DNA of 64,000 bases from a bacterium (GCA_965203325.1 OZ241875.1:3424001-3488000); one strand, 5' to 3'; shown: positions 1-10,841, counted from the first letter of the stretch. Notes: generated by a model not told the origin, from the letters alone. Numbers and translations: made by a program.

Positions 1-481
1 AAAGGAAGTCGAGTCGATCCGCGGCCAACTTCTCGCTCACACGCAAATTTTGGCGAATCATGGGAAGTCATTGAACGAGTTCAAATTGCAGCTTCGAGAT
101 ACGGTATCGAATGTTGAGAAAGCTGTGAAGGAATTGAAGGCGAAGCCCAAGATGTCGGTGGTTTCTCCAAAGCCGGAGCGCAAAAAAGAATCTGCTGTGA
201 AACCTGCCAGTCAGAGCGGAACGTATATGGGCACCAGATACATCCGCCGTACATATCGGGGGTTCTCGCTGAGTTATGCCGGAGGCTATGATGAGCCGCG
301 CGGCTCCCGTTATCGCTACAGACTCAAACCGGGAACACGCGTAGCTGTTATTTCCGGTGACCGGCGTGGTTTCACGCGAGTGGAGGTCAGTTCGGGCCGC
401 TGGTCTGGAAAAAAAATGTGGGTACGCACCCGCTGGCTCACGAAGCAGGCCCCGAAACGCGCAAAGGGCGGTAAAAGTTAA
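1..481 (+). CDS. 5'-truncated hypothetical protein: coiled coil, Lys/Pro linker, C-terminal SH3-like domain
   Basis: Frame is open from position 2 to TAA at 481. The C-terminus LKPGTRVAVISGDRRGFTRVEV...KKMWVRTRWL has the pattern of a bacterial SH3-like beta domain. Confidence 0.55.
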   Translation, partial: KEVESIRGQLLAHTQILANHGKSLNEFKLQLRDTVSNVEKAVKELKAKPKMSVVSPKPERKKESAVKPASQSGTYMGTRYIRRTYRGFSLSYAGGYDEPRGSRYRYRLKPGTRVAVISGDRRGFTRVEVSSGRWSGKKMWVRTRWLTKQAPKRAKGGKS

Positions 482-483
482 CG

Positions 484-1659
484 CTATAGTTTTTTGAGTC
501 CCTCGCCGAGGTCGTCTCTCAACACCTCGAAATCTTCGAGTCCCACCGAATATCGAACCAGTCCGGCTGGAACGCCCCGATTCTCCGCGCCTTGTATCCC
601 GATGTCCGCATACGCCATCTTCACGTGATGCTCCACCTGGCTCTCCGTTCCACCGAAGCCGGGCGCGAGCACGGGAATTTGAAGAGCGTTCACCAACTCG
701 TCGGCTTTTTCGTGATCGCCATCAGGTTCAAAGCTGATTATCCCACCGAACGCCGACATATATTTTTGGGCTCTGCGATGATCCGGGTGGGACTCCAGAC
801 CGGGGTAATGAACACGGGAAACCCCGGGGTGGCCCACGAGGAATTCGGCCAGCTTGAGAGCCGTGTCGCTGATGCGCCGAACGCGCAATTCGAGCGTTTT
901 GAGTCCCCGCTCCACAAGGAACGCCTCCTGCGGCCCGAGAATGGAACCCAGTAATGCTTGTTGTTCACGCAGCGCGTCGATGATGTCCAGACTCCCCGAA
1001 ACTGCACCTGCTACGACATCGTTGTGGCCGCCGATATACTTCGTCGCGCTTTGAACCGCCAAATCGGCTCCGTGCTCCAACGGGCGAAACAAGGCGGGAG
1101 ATGCGATGGTCGAGTCCACGATGAACCTGGCTCCTCTGTTTTGAGCCCATTCAGCCATTTTCTCGATATCCGGTATGCGGAGCATGGGGTTGGAGGGGAT
1201 TTCCGCGAACAACACGCGCACCGGCCCCTCCGGGAGGGTTTCGAGGGATTCCGCTGTATTCTCCACCGGAATTTCGACGCGTACCCCGTAGCGGGTGAGG
1301 AGGCCCTCTGCGATGTCCCTCGTATGTCTGTAGCTCTCCTGGGGGATGACGATTCGCGCATTCGGCGCCAGGAGCGAGAGAAATACCGAAGAGACGGCCG
1401 CCATGCCGCTGGCGTAGAGTAGGGAGGCTTCCGCGCCTTCTTGGAGCGCGAGCCTGCGTTCGGCGGCCTCGTTGGTCGGATTTCCGTATCGCGTATAGAA
1501 AAACGCGTCCGTCTCGCTGCTGTGGAAAGCTTCCAGATCGTCAGAGCTGTCGAAGGTGAACGTCGCAGTCTGGAAGATAGGCGGCGCAAGCGACTTCTTC
1601 ACCTGTTTTCGCTCGTCTCTTCTCATGTTTTTCGACAATGAACTCAACTCCTGTTTCAT
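484..1659 (-). CDS. metB: Cys/Met metabolism PLP enzyme, cystathionine gamma-synthase-like
   Basis: Motifs PPIFQTATF, YTRYGNPT, ASGMAA, SATKYIGGHND (PLP Lys) and VRYSVGLE. Start may be 1626. Confidence 0.8.
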   Translation of the reverse strand: MKQELSSLSKNMRRDERKQVKKSLAPPIFQTATFTFDSSDDLEAFHSSETDAFFYTRYGNPTNEAAERRLALQEGAEASLLYASGMAAVSSVFLSLLAPNARIVIPQESYRHTRDIAEGLLTRYGVRVEIPVENTAESLETLPEGPVRVLFAEIPSNPMLRIPDIEKMAEWAQNRGARFIVDSTIASPALFRPLEHGADLAVQSATKYIGGHNDVVAGAVSGSLDIIDALREQQALLGSILGPQEAFLVERGLKTLELRVRRISDTALKLAEFLVGHPGVSRVHYPGLESHPDHRRAQKYMSAFGGIISFEPDGDHEKADELVNALQIPVLAPGFGGTESQVEHHVKMAYADIGIQGAENRGVPAGLVRYSVGLEDFEVLRDDLGEGLKKL

Positions 1660-1692
1660 CGGCAGAGCGAAACAATGAAAACCGAGCGGACG

Positions 1693-3036
1693 CTAGCTTA
1701 CGGACAATGCGCCGAGTCTCTTTTCGATGGCGCCTCGAACCATGTCGATGTCTTCAGGGAGCTCGATGGGAGTATTGGCGAAACGGCTATCAACGCCCGG
1801 AATCGCTTTTTGATGATAATTGACCTTGAATTCGGTGAATTTCAATCCATGAGCCGTAGAGATGACGACCACCCGGTCTTGAGGGTTGATTTCTCCGCGC
1901 GCGATTATTTTTTCAAGAGCGGCCAGGGCCACACCGGTCTGGGGACAGTTGTACATTCCGGTCCTGTCCGCGCGCGCGGCGGCGTTCGCCAATTCCTCCT
2001 CGCTCGCCTGCTCCACGGAACCTTCGAATGCTTTCAGGGTTCTTATGGCTCTCTCGATGCTCACCGGATTCCCGATTTGGATGGCCGTCGCCAACGTCGG
2101 TTCGGCCTCGATGGGGTGGAATTCCCGGAAACCCGTCATGAAACTCCGGTACAGAGGATTTGCCTTTTCCGTCTGGGCGCAAACGATACGGGGCAGTTTG
2201 TCGATGAGTCCCAAATCGCGCATCTGCATGAAACCCTTGCCCAGTGCGCTCACGTTTCCCAGGTTGCCGCCGGGAATGATGATTAAGTCGGGAACCTCCC
2301 AATCGAACTGCTGAACGAGTTCTATGCTGATGGTTTTTTGTCCCTCTATCCGAAGCGAATTCATGCTGTTGGCGAGGTATATCCCCTGTTCTTCGCACAC
2401 CTGTCTTACAATCCGCATGCAGCCGTCGAAATCCGTGTCGATGGCGAGCACCATGGCGCCGTTCGTGATGGGTTGAATGAGTTGCGCAACGGATACTTTC
2501 TCGCGCGGCAGAAAGACGATGGCGGGAATATCGGCCGCAGCGGCGTACGCAGCCAACGCGGCGGAAGTATCGCCCGTCGATGCGCAGGCGACGGCGCGGA
2601 GTTTTTTCCCGTCGGCTATCATCTGCTGGGCGGCGGACACGAGGACCGTCATGCCGAGGTCCTTGAAGGAACCGGTGTGACTGTTTCCGCATTGCTTGAT
2701 CCACAATTCACCGATTCCGAGTTCGCGCCCCAGGCGATTCGCCCAGAAAAGGTTCGTACCCCCTTCGTAGAACGAGATGATGTTCTCATCGTCTATCAGC
2801 GGGCAGACCCACTCTTTTTTGCCCCAAACGCCGCTGCCGTACGGCCATATGTTGCGCTGGTAGCGGTCGTCGAATAAATGACGCCACTCCGACGCGCTTC
2901 TCATGCGCAGGGTTTCCAGGTCGTGCGTGACGTCGAGGAGGCTGTCACATTCGCGGCACTGATAAACGGAGTCGAAAATGGAGTATGTTGCCCCGCATTC
3001 GGGATTTATACATTGGAACCAGCAGTTGCAGTCCAT
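1693..3036 (-). CDS. thrC: Threonine synthase (long, plant-like type)
   Basis: HTGSFKDLG (PLP Lys), [30 protein letters not shown]-terminal Cys pairs. Confidence 0.93.
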   Translation of the reverse strand: MDCNCWFQCINPECGATYSIFDSVYQCRECDSLLDVTHDLETLRMRSASEWRHLFDDRYQRNIWPYGSGVWGKKEWVCPLIDDENIISFYEGGTNLFWANRLGRELGIGELWIKQCGNSHTGSFKDLGMTVLVSAAQQMIADGKKLRAVACASTGDTSAALAAYAAAADIPAIVFLPREKVSVAQLIQPITNGAMVLAIDTDFDGCMRIVRQVCEEQGIYLANSMNSLRIEGQKTISIELVQQFDWEVPDLIIIPGGNLGNVSALGKGFMQMRDLGLIDKLPRIVCAQTEKANPLYRSFMTGFREFHPIEAEPTLATAIQIGNPVSIERAIRTLKAFEGSVEQASEEELANAAARADRTGMYNCPQTGVALAALEKIIARGEINPQDRVVVISTAHGLKFTEFKVNYHQKAIPGVDSRFANTPIELPEDIDMVRGAIEKRLGALSVS

Positions 3037-3167
3037 CTCTTCACCAAAAGCAAAAGGCGAAGCCCGGCCTCGCCCGAAAGAAAAGAATTATTGCAGAGGC
3101 TTCTCCTGGTGGCAAATTCGCACGTTTATGTCCCGGTGTGCGGTATTCGAATTCCATTCATTCCGTA

Positions 3168-4421
3168 CTACGTCGTGGCCACTTGCGGGACGCGGACCTC
3201 TTTTTCGTTGATGAAAGAGACGAGCACGGCCGCCTGGAGACAAAGATAGGCCGCCAGTGCGAATGCAAGGTTGTAGCTGCCGGTGACGTCATAGATGTAT
3301 CCGCTCAGCCAAGCGCTGAGACCCGACCCGAGTTGGTGGCTGAAAGTGATGAGACCGAAGAGAATCGCCACGTTTCTGGAGCCGAAGAAATCCCCCGTCA
3401 ACGCCGAAGTGAGCGGGACGGTCGCAATCCAGGAGAGGCCGATCATCATGGGCGTGGCCCAGACGGTGAAATCGTTCTTGAAGAAAATGAACAGGACGAA
3501 TCCGAGCCCCCGGAAGGCGTAGATCAGGCTCAAGGGGATTTTTCTGCCGATTTTGTCCGAAAGCGGGCCGACCGCCAGAACGCCCACGGTGTTGAGTCCG
3601 CCGCCCAGGGCGAAGGACGTGGCCGCGACGGCTGCGGAGAATCCGACGTCCGTCGCAAACGGCACCCAGTGGACGGAGACGACCGTTACGGTGAAACCGC
3701 AGGTGAAAAAGCTTGTGAGCAGGAGGACGAACGGCATCTTGGGAAGGCACTGCACCCAGTGCACATCGTAGGGGACGACCATCTTGACGCCGTTGCCGGA
3801 CGTGGATGCGCTCGGGGGGACGTCTTTTGACGAGGGAGCGTTTTTGACGAGGAAGATCGATATGGGCATCAGGGTGAACACGAAAATGACGCCGATGACG
3901 AACGAGGTCATCCTCCAGTCCAGATAGCCGATCATATACGCGAAGACGGGAAGCAATATGAGTTGGCCCATGCTCGAGCCTGCGCTGATGATGGACATGC
4001 CCAGCCCCCGCCGGTCCGGGAACCAGTTCGACACCAGGGGAGTGAAGGCGGTTACGCTGTTGCCGATACCTCCCATCCCCAGCAGGATGCCGAAGAACAG
4101 ATAGACGCCCCACAGAGAGTCGACATAGTAGATTCCCAGCATGGCCATAGTCGTTAATGCCGAGCCCCAGATGATGACCGTCTTGGGGTCCCAGCGGCGC
4201 ATCATGAGCCCGCCCAACGGTTGGGACGCGCCGTAGAGAATCAGGCAAAGAGAAAAGGGGAGCGACAACGAGGCGCGGCTGATGTTGAAATCCGCGATCA
4301 TCGGCTTCAGGAAGAGACCGAATGAATTTCTGGTTGCCAGACCCAGGAACATCATGAAGAAACAGCCGGCCAGAATGTACCAGCCGTAATATATTTTCTT
4401 TTGGGAAGCGTTTGCGCTCAC
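3168..4421 (-). CDS. MFS transporter (MCT/OFA-like)
   Basis: About 12 hydrophobic segments, YYGW N-terminus, WFPDRRGLGMSI, LSDKIGRK. Probable GTG start at 4421 after GAGG. Confidence 0.88.
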   Translation of the reverse strand: MSANASQKKIYYGWYILAGCFFMMFLGLATRNSFGLFLKPMIADFNISRASLSLPFSLCLILYGASQPLGGLMMRRWDPKTVIIWGSALTTMAMLGIYYVDSLWGVYLFFGILLGMGGIGNSVTAFTPLVSNWFPDRRGLGMSIISAGSSMGQLILLPVFAYMIGYLDWRMTSFVIGVIFVFTLMPISIFLVKNAPSSKDVPPSASTSGNGVKMVVPYDVHWVQCLPKMPFVLLLTSFFTCGFTVTVVSVHWVPFATDVGFSAAVAATSFALGGGLNTVGVLAVGPLSDKIGRKIPLSLIYAFRGLGFVLFIFFKNDFTVWATPMMIGLSWIATVPLTSALTGDFFGSRNVAILFGLITFSHQLGSGLSAWLSGYIYDVTGSYNLAFALAAYLCLQAAVLVSFINEKEVRVPQVATT

Positions 4422-4590
4422 AGGTACCTCGATATCCGTAAGGTGTGGGTGGTTTGCATTTGCGCTAGAGTTTATAACATTCATGGATGAAAGACACGCT
4501 CCGGTGCGCATATACACGAAATGCGCCGCGGGGTCTTCATGCTTTTCGCTGCATGGCGAAGATATGGCTGAATAACGAGGAGGGTTTCCC

Positions 4591-5928
4591 TTGGACGCGC
4601 CGAAATTCGTGGTTCCCCACCCCGGCCCCAAAACTCAGGCTGAGCTTGAACGCCTCAGGAGGGCGGAGAGCCGCGCCGCCCTCAGTTTCGGGATGAGTCC
4701 GGAGACCGTCGTGGTCGAGCGCGCGCAAGGGGCGGTGATCGAGGACGTCGACGGCAATTTCTTCCTGGATTTCGTCGCCGGCTTCGGTTCCCTGAACGCG
4801 GGTCATTGCCACCCCAGGGTCGTCTCGGCGTTGCGGCAACAGGCCGGAGAGGTCCACCAGGCCATGTCGCTGGGCTCAAAAGTGCGGAACGAACTTTTCG
4901 ACAAAGTTCTCTCTTTGCATTCCGGCGCGGCGCCCAAGAGCATGATTCTCGGCTCCTCGGGCAGCGAAGCCGCCGAGATCGCTCTCAAGATGGCCCGCCG
5001 GGCGACGGGTCGCGATGAGATTGTCGCCTTTACGGGCGCGTTCCACGGGAGGACTTTGGGAGCCGTGGCCCTGATGGGCAGAAAAAACCAGAGAGAGGGG
5101 CTGGGGACGCTCGTCCCGGGGGTTCATCACGTTCCCTATCCATACCCCTATCGAAACCCCTTCGGCGATGGCCCGGAGAAATGCGCCGAGGGGACGCTTC
5201 GCTACATCAACGAGTTTCTCGATAATCCCGTGAGCGGCTGGGGTGAGGTGGCGGCCGTCATCATCGAGCCGGTTCAGGGAAACGGCGGCATGATTCCGGC
5301 CCCCATCGGGTTTTTGAGCGGGCTTCGCGAGGCTTGCGACCGCCACGGGGTATTGCTCATCATCGACGAGGTGATGAGCGGGTTTTGCCGTACGGGAAAA
5401 ATGTTCGCCTACGAATATGAAGATATCGAACCGGATCTGATCGTGATGGGAAAATCGATTTCGGGCGGGTTGCCCCTCGCCGCCTGCGTTGCGAAAAAAG
5501 AGATAGCCGACGCCTCGAATCCCGGGACCGAGAGCAGCACCTATGCCGGAAACGTCATGGCGTGCGCCGCCGGCCTGGCTTCCATCGAGGTGTATGAGGA
5601 GGAAAACCTCGCCGAGCGCTCCCTGGAGACGGGCGCGTATTTCATGAGGAGGCTGGAAGAACTCTCCGAGCGCCATTCCATCGTCGGCGAGGTTCGCGGT
5701 CGCGGGCTGATGGTAGCGGCCGAACTGGTTTCCGACCGGACGACGCGCGAGCCTTTGAGCGTCGCCAGGAAGGCGAGTGCCATGGCCTTGAAAAAGGGCC
5801 TTCTCATCTATCCGGGAGGACACCACGGGAACGTCCTGGCGTTTTTGCCTCCTCTGATTATCGATAAAGAACAGGTCGATACGGCTGTCGGCATCGTGGA
5901 TGAGGTGTTGCTCGAGCTGGATGAATAA
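4591..5928 (+). CDS. Class III PLP aminotransferase (4-aminobutyrate aminotransferase-like)
   Basis: DVDGNFFLDF, FHGRT, IIEPVQGNGG, IIDEVMSGFCRTG, MGKSISGG. TTG start after GGAGG. Confidence 0.9.
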   Translation: MDAPKFVVPHPGPKTQAELERLRRAESRAALSFGMSPETVVVERAQGAVIEDVDGNFFLDFVAGFGSLNAGHCHPRVVSALRQQAGEVHQAMSLGSKVRNELFDKVLSLHSGAAPKSMILGSSGSEAAEIALKMARRATGRDEIVAFTGAFHGRTLGAVALMGRKNQREGLGTLVPGVHHVPYPYPYRNPFGDGPEKCAEGTLRYINEFLDNPVSGWGEVAAVIIEPVQGNGGMIPAPIGFLSGLREACDRHGVLLIIDEVMSGFCRTGKMFAYEYEDIEPDLIVMGKSISGGLPLAACVAKKEIADASNPGTESSTYAGNVMACAAGLASIEVYEEENLAERSLETGAYFMRRLEELSERHSIVGEVRGRGLMVAAELVSDRTTREPLSVARKASAMALKKGLLIYPGGHHGNVLAFLPPLIIDKEQVDTAVGIVDEVLLELDE

Positions 5929-5973
5929 CGGCTTGGCGCAGGGGGCGATACCAACGTACGAGTTTGTGTTAAG

Positions 5974-7338
5974 ATGCGCCCAGTGTTCCCGCCGCTTTTG
6001 AGGTATGGGATGCGGAGGAAGCTTTACAAACGAATCCATTTGGCGGTTCTGCTCACTCTGGTGACGGTCGGGGCGATGCTGACCCTCTACCACGCCACCG
6101 CTGCGCAAAAGACGCCTCCCGTCTTGGTGCTGGACGTGGCCGACGCCATATCGCCGGGCACTTCCGAGTACATCGCATTCGGCATCGAGGAGGCCGCCAG
6201 GAGGGGGGCGCAACTCCTCGTCATCCGCCTCGATACCCCCGGCGGTCTGGTCACCAGCACGCGCGATATCGTGAAGGCGATATTCGGTGCGAGCGTTCCC
6301 GTGGCGGTATACGTCGCTCCGGGAGGCGCGCGGGCCGCCTCCGCCGGCACGTTCATCACCATGTCGGCCCACATCGCCGCCATGGCGCCGGGCACGAACA
6401 TCGGCGCCGCTTCGCCCGTTTCGGGCGGGGGGAAGCAGATTCAGGGCGATATGCGCAAGAAGGCGATGAACGACGTGGCCGCTTTCGCGCGGGCGGTGGC
6501 CTCGCGCACCGGGCGCAATACCGAGTGGGCGGAGAGTGCGGTCCGCGAGGCGATATCCGTGGATGAGGCCGAAGCCCTGAAGCAAAAAGTCATCGATCTG
6601 GTGGCCGCGGACGTGCGGTCGCTTCTGCTGGCGGTGCATGGCAAAGAAATAAAGCTCGCCGGCGGCGACACCGTCACCCTCTCGACCAGGGGGGCGGAGC
6701 AAATCGTGCTCGAGCGAAGCTGGCGCCAGAAAGTGCTCACCCTTTTGAGCGACCCCAACATCGCCTACATCCTGATGCTCCTGGGGATGTACGGGTTGTT
6801 CTTCGAACTCTCGAATCCCGGCTCCATACTGCCCGGCGTGGTGGGCGCCATCAGCCTGCTGCTGGCGCTCTACGCCCTCAAGGTCTTGCCGGTGAACTAT
6901 GTGGGGCTTCTCTTGATGGGACTTGCCGTCATCATGTTTCTCCTGGAGATCCAGGTGGTCAGCTACGGGGGTCTGACCATCGGCGGAATCATCGCCATGA
7001 CGCTCGGTTCGGTCATGCTCATCGACTCGCCGGACCCCTATCTGCAAATCAGCCTGAAGGTGATTCTGCCTGCTGTCGCCGGAACGGCCTTTTTCTTCGT
7101 CTGGCTCGTGGGGATGGGCTTTCGCGCCCAGCGGACGCGGCCGGTCTCGGGCTCGGAGGGGATGCTCGACCAGTCCGGCGTCGTGAGCGCATTATCCGGA
7201 GAAGGGTCGCCGGCCCAGGTTCGGGTGCACGGCGAGATATGGCTGGCGGACTCTCGGGAGCCACTGGAAATCGGGGACAGAGTCCGCGTGGTCTCGGTGG
7301 AGGGCCTCAGGCTCCGCGTCGAGAAGGAGGGTGCATAA
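5974..7338 (+). CDS. nfeD: NfeD-family membrane-bound serine protease (ClpP class)
   Basis: LDTPGG, AASAG, AAMAPGTNIGAA, TM bundle, C-terminal VHGEIW OB domain. Directly upstream of an SPFH gene. Start 5974 or 6010. Confidence 0.92.
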   Translation: MRPVFPPLLRYGMRRKLYKRIHLAVLLTLVTVGAMLTLYHATAAQKTPPVLVLDVADAISPGTSEYIAFGIEEAARRGAQLLVIRLDTPGGLVTSTRDIVKAIFGASVPVAVYVAPGGARAASAGTFITMSAHIAAMAPGTNIGAASPVSGGGKQIQGDMRKKAMNDVAAFARAVASRTGRNTEWAESAVREAISVDEAEALKQKVIDLVAADVRSLLLAVHGKEIKLAGGDTVTLSTRGAEQIVLERSWRQKVLTLLSDPNIAYILMLLGMYGLFFELSNPGSILPGVVGAISLLLALYALKVLPVNYVGLLLMGLAVIMFLLEIQVVSYGGLTIGGIIAMTLGSVMLIDSPDPYLQISLKVILPAVAGTAFFFVWLVGMGFRAQRTRPVSGSEGMLDQSGVVSALSGEGSPAQVRVHGEIWLADSREPLEIGDRVRVVSVEGLRLRVEKEGA

Positions 7339-8130
7339 ATGAATTGGAGTTTGATCATCGCTGCTATCATCATCTTGTTGTTCTTCGCGAGCGCCATCCG
7401 CGTCCTGAACGAATACGAGCGCGGCGTCATCTTCCGGCTGGGGCGCTTCCATTCCACCAAGGGGCCCGGCCTCATCATCGTGCTTCCGGTGATCGACCGC
7501 ATGACCCGCGTGGGCCTGCGGCTGGTGACGATGGACGTGCCGCCGCAGGATATCGTCACGAAGGACAACGTGTCGGTGAAGGTGAACGCCGTGGTCTACT
7601 TCCGCGTGCTGACGCCCGAGCGCGCCGTCATCGAGGTGGAGGATTTCCTCTACGCCACGGGCCAGTTGAGCCAGACGACGCTTAGGAGCGTGCTGGGCCA
7701 GATGGAGCTTGACGATCTGCTCTCGGAGCGCGAGAAGATCAACACCCAGCTCCAGGAGCTCCTCGATCACGCCACCGACCCCTGGGGCATCAAGGTCACC
7801 AACGTGGAGCTCAAGCACGTCGACCTTCCCGGCGAGATGCAGCGCGCCATCGCCCGCCAGGCCGAGGCCGAGCGCGAGCGCCGCGCCAAGGTCATCCACG
7901 CCGAGGGCGAATACCAGGCGAGCGAGCGGCTTTCCGAGGCCGCCGCCACCATCGCCACGGCCCCGGGCGCGCTCCAGCTCCGCTTCCTGCAGACGCTTTC
8001 GGAAGTCGCCACCGAGAACAACTCCACCATCGTCTTCCCCTTGCCGCTCGACCTGCTCAAGCCCTTCGTGGACAGGCAGACGGGCGGGGACGACGCGCCC
8101 AAAGGAGAGATAGAGGCCGGCGGTGCATAG
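7339..8130 (+). CDS. SPFH/stomatin-like (slipin) protein
   Basis: [54 protein letters not shown]. Confidence 0.95.
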   Translation: MNWSLIIAAIIILLFFASAIRVLNEYERGVIFRLGRFHSTKGPGLIIVLPVIDRMTRVGLRLVTMDVPPQDIVTKDNVSVKVNAVVYFRVLTPERAVIEVEDFLYATGQLSQTTLRSVLGQMELDDLLSEREKINTQLQELLDHATDPWGIKVTNVELKHVDLPGEMQRAIARQAEAERERRAKVIHAEGEYQASERLSEAAATIATAPGALQLRFLQTLSEVATENNSTIVFPLPLDLLKPFVDRQTGGDDAPKGEIEAGGA

Positions 8131-8662
8131 CGCGCAAACCCGGGCAGTTGCGGGCAAATGCGCGGGTTCCCAAAAACTTTTTTTGCCGCTATATCTGAGT
8201 GTGATACGCTCAGATTTATGTGATAATCCGTTTTATTACAATCGTTTATCTGTACATCATTTTTCAGAAATTTATCGAAAAACCCCGTGAATTTATCGGA
8301 TTTTACGGGAAATATGATTATTTGCATTTTCAACGTCCCCCTTGCATCCACGAACATGATTTCTCTCCTCAAAACGATTCGCGCCCCTTCCTGATGAGCG
8401 CGCGTGGGCGGCGATTACCCCTTTTCTTCGCCGCGCGCACGATACCGGAATCCGCCATGTCAGAGAGTACGGCAATTGCGGGGAAATGCGGGGTGAGGGC
8501 TTGGTTGGAGAAAAGTCCATAACCCGACTTTTAGAATGCTTTTGAGAGAAATTGACGTTGTTGAGTTGGAAAGAGTGAAAGGTAAATCAAAAAACGGAGA
8601 AAATGATTTCCCGCCCGCCTCCGGTGGTTCACTTTTCGTGGTGAACGCATAGGGGTGTTGCG

Positions 8663-9334
8663 TCATCCACCCGCGAGCTTCGCGGCTTCACGAATCGCGT
8701 GGGTCAGGCGGCCTACGGTAGTCGAAGGGTTTCCGTATGGATTACCCCCCTGTTCTCGGTTTTCAAGCTGTCTTTTACTGCGCTCTTCGGCATCTTCGAC
8801 TCGGGCGAGCATCTCGTCGCAGTCGGGCGTTTTTGCACCACTCATGTCATATTCCGGTCGCAGGGATTCAAGGATTTTTTGCATCTCATGGCGATCTTCG
8901 GCCCGGTCGTGATCAGTCTCGTGCAGAACCAGCCAAAGCTCGAAACATGGGTTGGAACGGCCGACGTGGACGCCGCCTCGTTCGCAGAGCGTCACCGCTT
9001 CGTCGAAACGAGGATGCTCGTCTCTGTCGAATACCGCCCAGACCTGATCGTTTTCCTCGAACGAATCCTTTTTCCTGCGACTGCGTGGGTCGAGTCCCAG
9101 AGATCGTGCGAGTTTGACGGCATTTTCTGCGATGGTGTAGGGAACGCCTATAGCAGGGTTAGTTTCTACTTCTACTAGGGTGTCTCTATAGGCGCGTTTG
9201 AGCGCACCGAAATAGGCTGGTTCCGTCTTCTTTCCCTCACAAAACAGGATGAAGCGGCGTTTCGGTTCCTGTATATAGCGGCGACGCCTAGGGTTCGGGA
9301 CGTCGCGCCAAGCGGCCCTAGTTCGCCGCGCCAA
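8663..9334 (-). CDS. RloB-family (TOPRIM-like, AbiLii-like) protein
   Basis: ILFCEGKKTEPAYF, WAVFDRD, SNPCFELW, GNPSTTV. Overlaps the end of the AAA gene; probable TTG start 9334. Confidence 0.85.
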   Translation of the reverse strand: MARRTRAAWRDVPNPRRRRYIQEPKRRFILFCEGKKTEPAYFGALKRAYRDTLVEVETNPAIGVPYTIAENAVKLARSLGLDPRSRRKKDSFEENDQVWAVFDRDEHPRFDEAVTLCERGGVHVGRSNPCFELWLVLHETDHDRAEDRHEMQKILESLRPEYDMSGAKTPDCDEMLARVEDAEERSKRQLENREQGGNPYGNPSTTVGRLTHAIREAAKLAGG

Positions 9335-10598
9335 GAGTTGAACCAGTAGCCGTGATGGAATCGATGAAGGGAACTCCACCGTAGCGGCCCTGCAGATATC
9401 CTTTTTCGATATTATCGCCCTTGCGGGTTCGGATGTCGGTCAAGGGATAGAGTCGGGTAGCGCCTTCGTTGTCTTTTTCAATGAACCAGACCTCATCACG
9501 CCGGAGTAAGGATGATTTCAGCAAGTTGGTGTCGTGGGTCGTCGCAATGAGTTGCGCGCCTTTGGGATTGCTCTCCCGCGAGCAGAATAGTTTCAGCACG
9601 GCTTCAGCAGCTTGGGTGTGCAGGCTGGCGTCCAGTTCATCAATGAACAAGGGCGTGCCCTCGTCGAGCGCGTGAAATGCGAGAGCAAGCACGATCAATA
9701 ACCGCCGCGTTCCAGCGCTCTCACTGTCCAACTCGAGATAGAACGGCTCACTACCCTGCCCACGATGGGCGAGTTCGATGGTAACATGCTTATCTTTAAC
9801 CTCCGGTGGTTCGGAGCCGCCTATCTTCTTGAACAACGTGAATAGTTCCCTTTGAATTCCTTGCATTTCTTCTGAAAGTTCGGATTCTCTTTGTCTGTAG
9901 CCGATGACCCCGGTATCAATCTTTCCAAGGAAGTCGATTACCCGGTCATCCTGTTTTTCCTCGGCCAATCGTGATGAAATCGCCTCCTTGGGGACGCCGA
10001 TGCTCCAGTCGGCGCGGAGGGATCTAAAGTACCCGAATACTTCTGAAAGCTGTTCGTGGCCGTTTTGGGCCGTCGCGGAAACGAACAGGCTATTGGGTCT
10101 CGTCAAGCCCGCGATGACTTTGTTTTGTCCCTTCAATCCGCGTCCGAAACGAAATTCATCCCCGGTGCGCTCGAACAACGTCTGGCGATGGGACTTGGGA
10201 AAGGCGTACAGCCATTCGGACTCGAACGCCGTATCTGAGACCTCGAAGCCGTAGTGGTGCCGCACGCCGTCGATGAGAAAATCGATATCGAAACGAGTCG
10301 GTAGCCGGGGGCCGTCGTCATCGAGCCTGAAAGGATGGCGCGGAACATCGCCATCTGCTTCCCAGTGGGTTTGTGAGTGCAACACCATGCCTCGCATGGT
10401 GCTTATCGCGTCAATGAGGTTGCTCTTGCCCGACGCATTTGCGCCGTAGATGACGACCGCCGGTAAAACCGAGCCACTCGGAGCCGCCGCGCAGTCGATG
10501 AGTTCTTCTTGCCGCTCTTTCAGCGAAGACGCTGCAAGCGACAATTCCTGGTAATCGCGTATGGAGAGATGGTTGGAGACGCCGAAGTGAAGCAACAT
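9318..10598 (-). CDS. AAA_21/ABC-type ATPase, RloA/AbiLi-like
   Basis: Walker A YGANASGKS, signature ESAGT, Walker B LFIDE, LIATTHD, RRDEVWF, YLQGRYGG. Confidence 0.9.
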   Translation of the reverse strand: MLLHFGVSNHLSIRDYQELSLAASSLKERQEELIDCAAAPSGSVLPAVVIYGANASGKSNLIDAISTMRGMVLHSQTHWEADGDVPRHPFRLDDDGPRLPTRFDIDFLIDGVRHHYGFEVSDTAFESEWLYAFPKSHRQTLFERTGDEFRFGRGLKGQNKVIAGLTRPNSLFVSATAQNGHEQLSEVFGYFRSLRADWSIGVPKEAISSRLAEEKQDDRVIDFLGKIDTGVIGYRQRESELSEEMQGIQRELFTLFKKIGGSEPPEVKDKHVTIELAHRGQGSEPFYLELDSESAGTRRLLIVLALAFHALDEGTPLFIDELDASLHTQAAEAVLKLFCSRESNPKGAQLIATTHDTNLLKSSLLRRDEVWFIEKDNEGATRLYPLTDIRTRKGDNIEKGYLQGRYGGVPFIDSITATGSTLGAAN

Positions 10599-10648
10599 GA
10601 CAATTATCTCCTTTTTTTGACATTTAATATGCCAAGAAAAAGGTTAAT

Positions 10649-10673
10649 TTGAGAAAATATAACATTTTATCAA
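10649..10673. promoter_or_regulatory. Imperfect inverted repeat upstream of the RloA-like gene (candidate operator)
   Basis: TTGAGAAAAT-ataac-ATTTTATCAA, 9/10 complementary arms, in the AT-rich upstream region. Confidence 0.4.
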
Positions 10674-10787
10674 GTAAAATTGCAATATCTTTGCATCGAA
10701 CCTGCCCCTGCGCGCCTTCCTCGCGTTTTGGGTTCGACCCTCAAAGGGGAGTATTTTCGCCGACGACCGGAGAGGGATTTTGCTCTT

Positions 10788-10815
10788 GCAGGGACAGCTC
10801 GCGAGCCGCCCCTAC
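10788..10815. repeat. Degenerate GTAG-type REP palindrome
   Basis: gcagggacagctcgcgagccgcccctac, related to the copy at 12360. Confidence 0.55.
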
Positions 10816-10841
10816 GGGTTCAGAAATATCCGTGAGCCGAC

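Noticed and set aside
4876..7047. Long antisense ORFs (also 32059-33666, 34462-36327, 39930-42182, 50424-52103, 60041-61384)
   Set aside because: Shadow frames opposite well-supported genes, expected in high-GC DNA; no motifs.
8131..8660. ORFs in the AT-rich gap after the SPFH gene (8220-8522, 7767-8372, a 38-aa MLLREID... frame)
   Set aside because: No convincing RBS or family motifs; treated as intergenic or decayed DNA.
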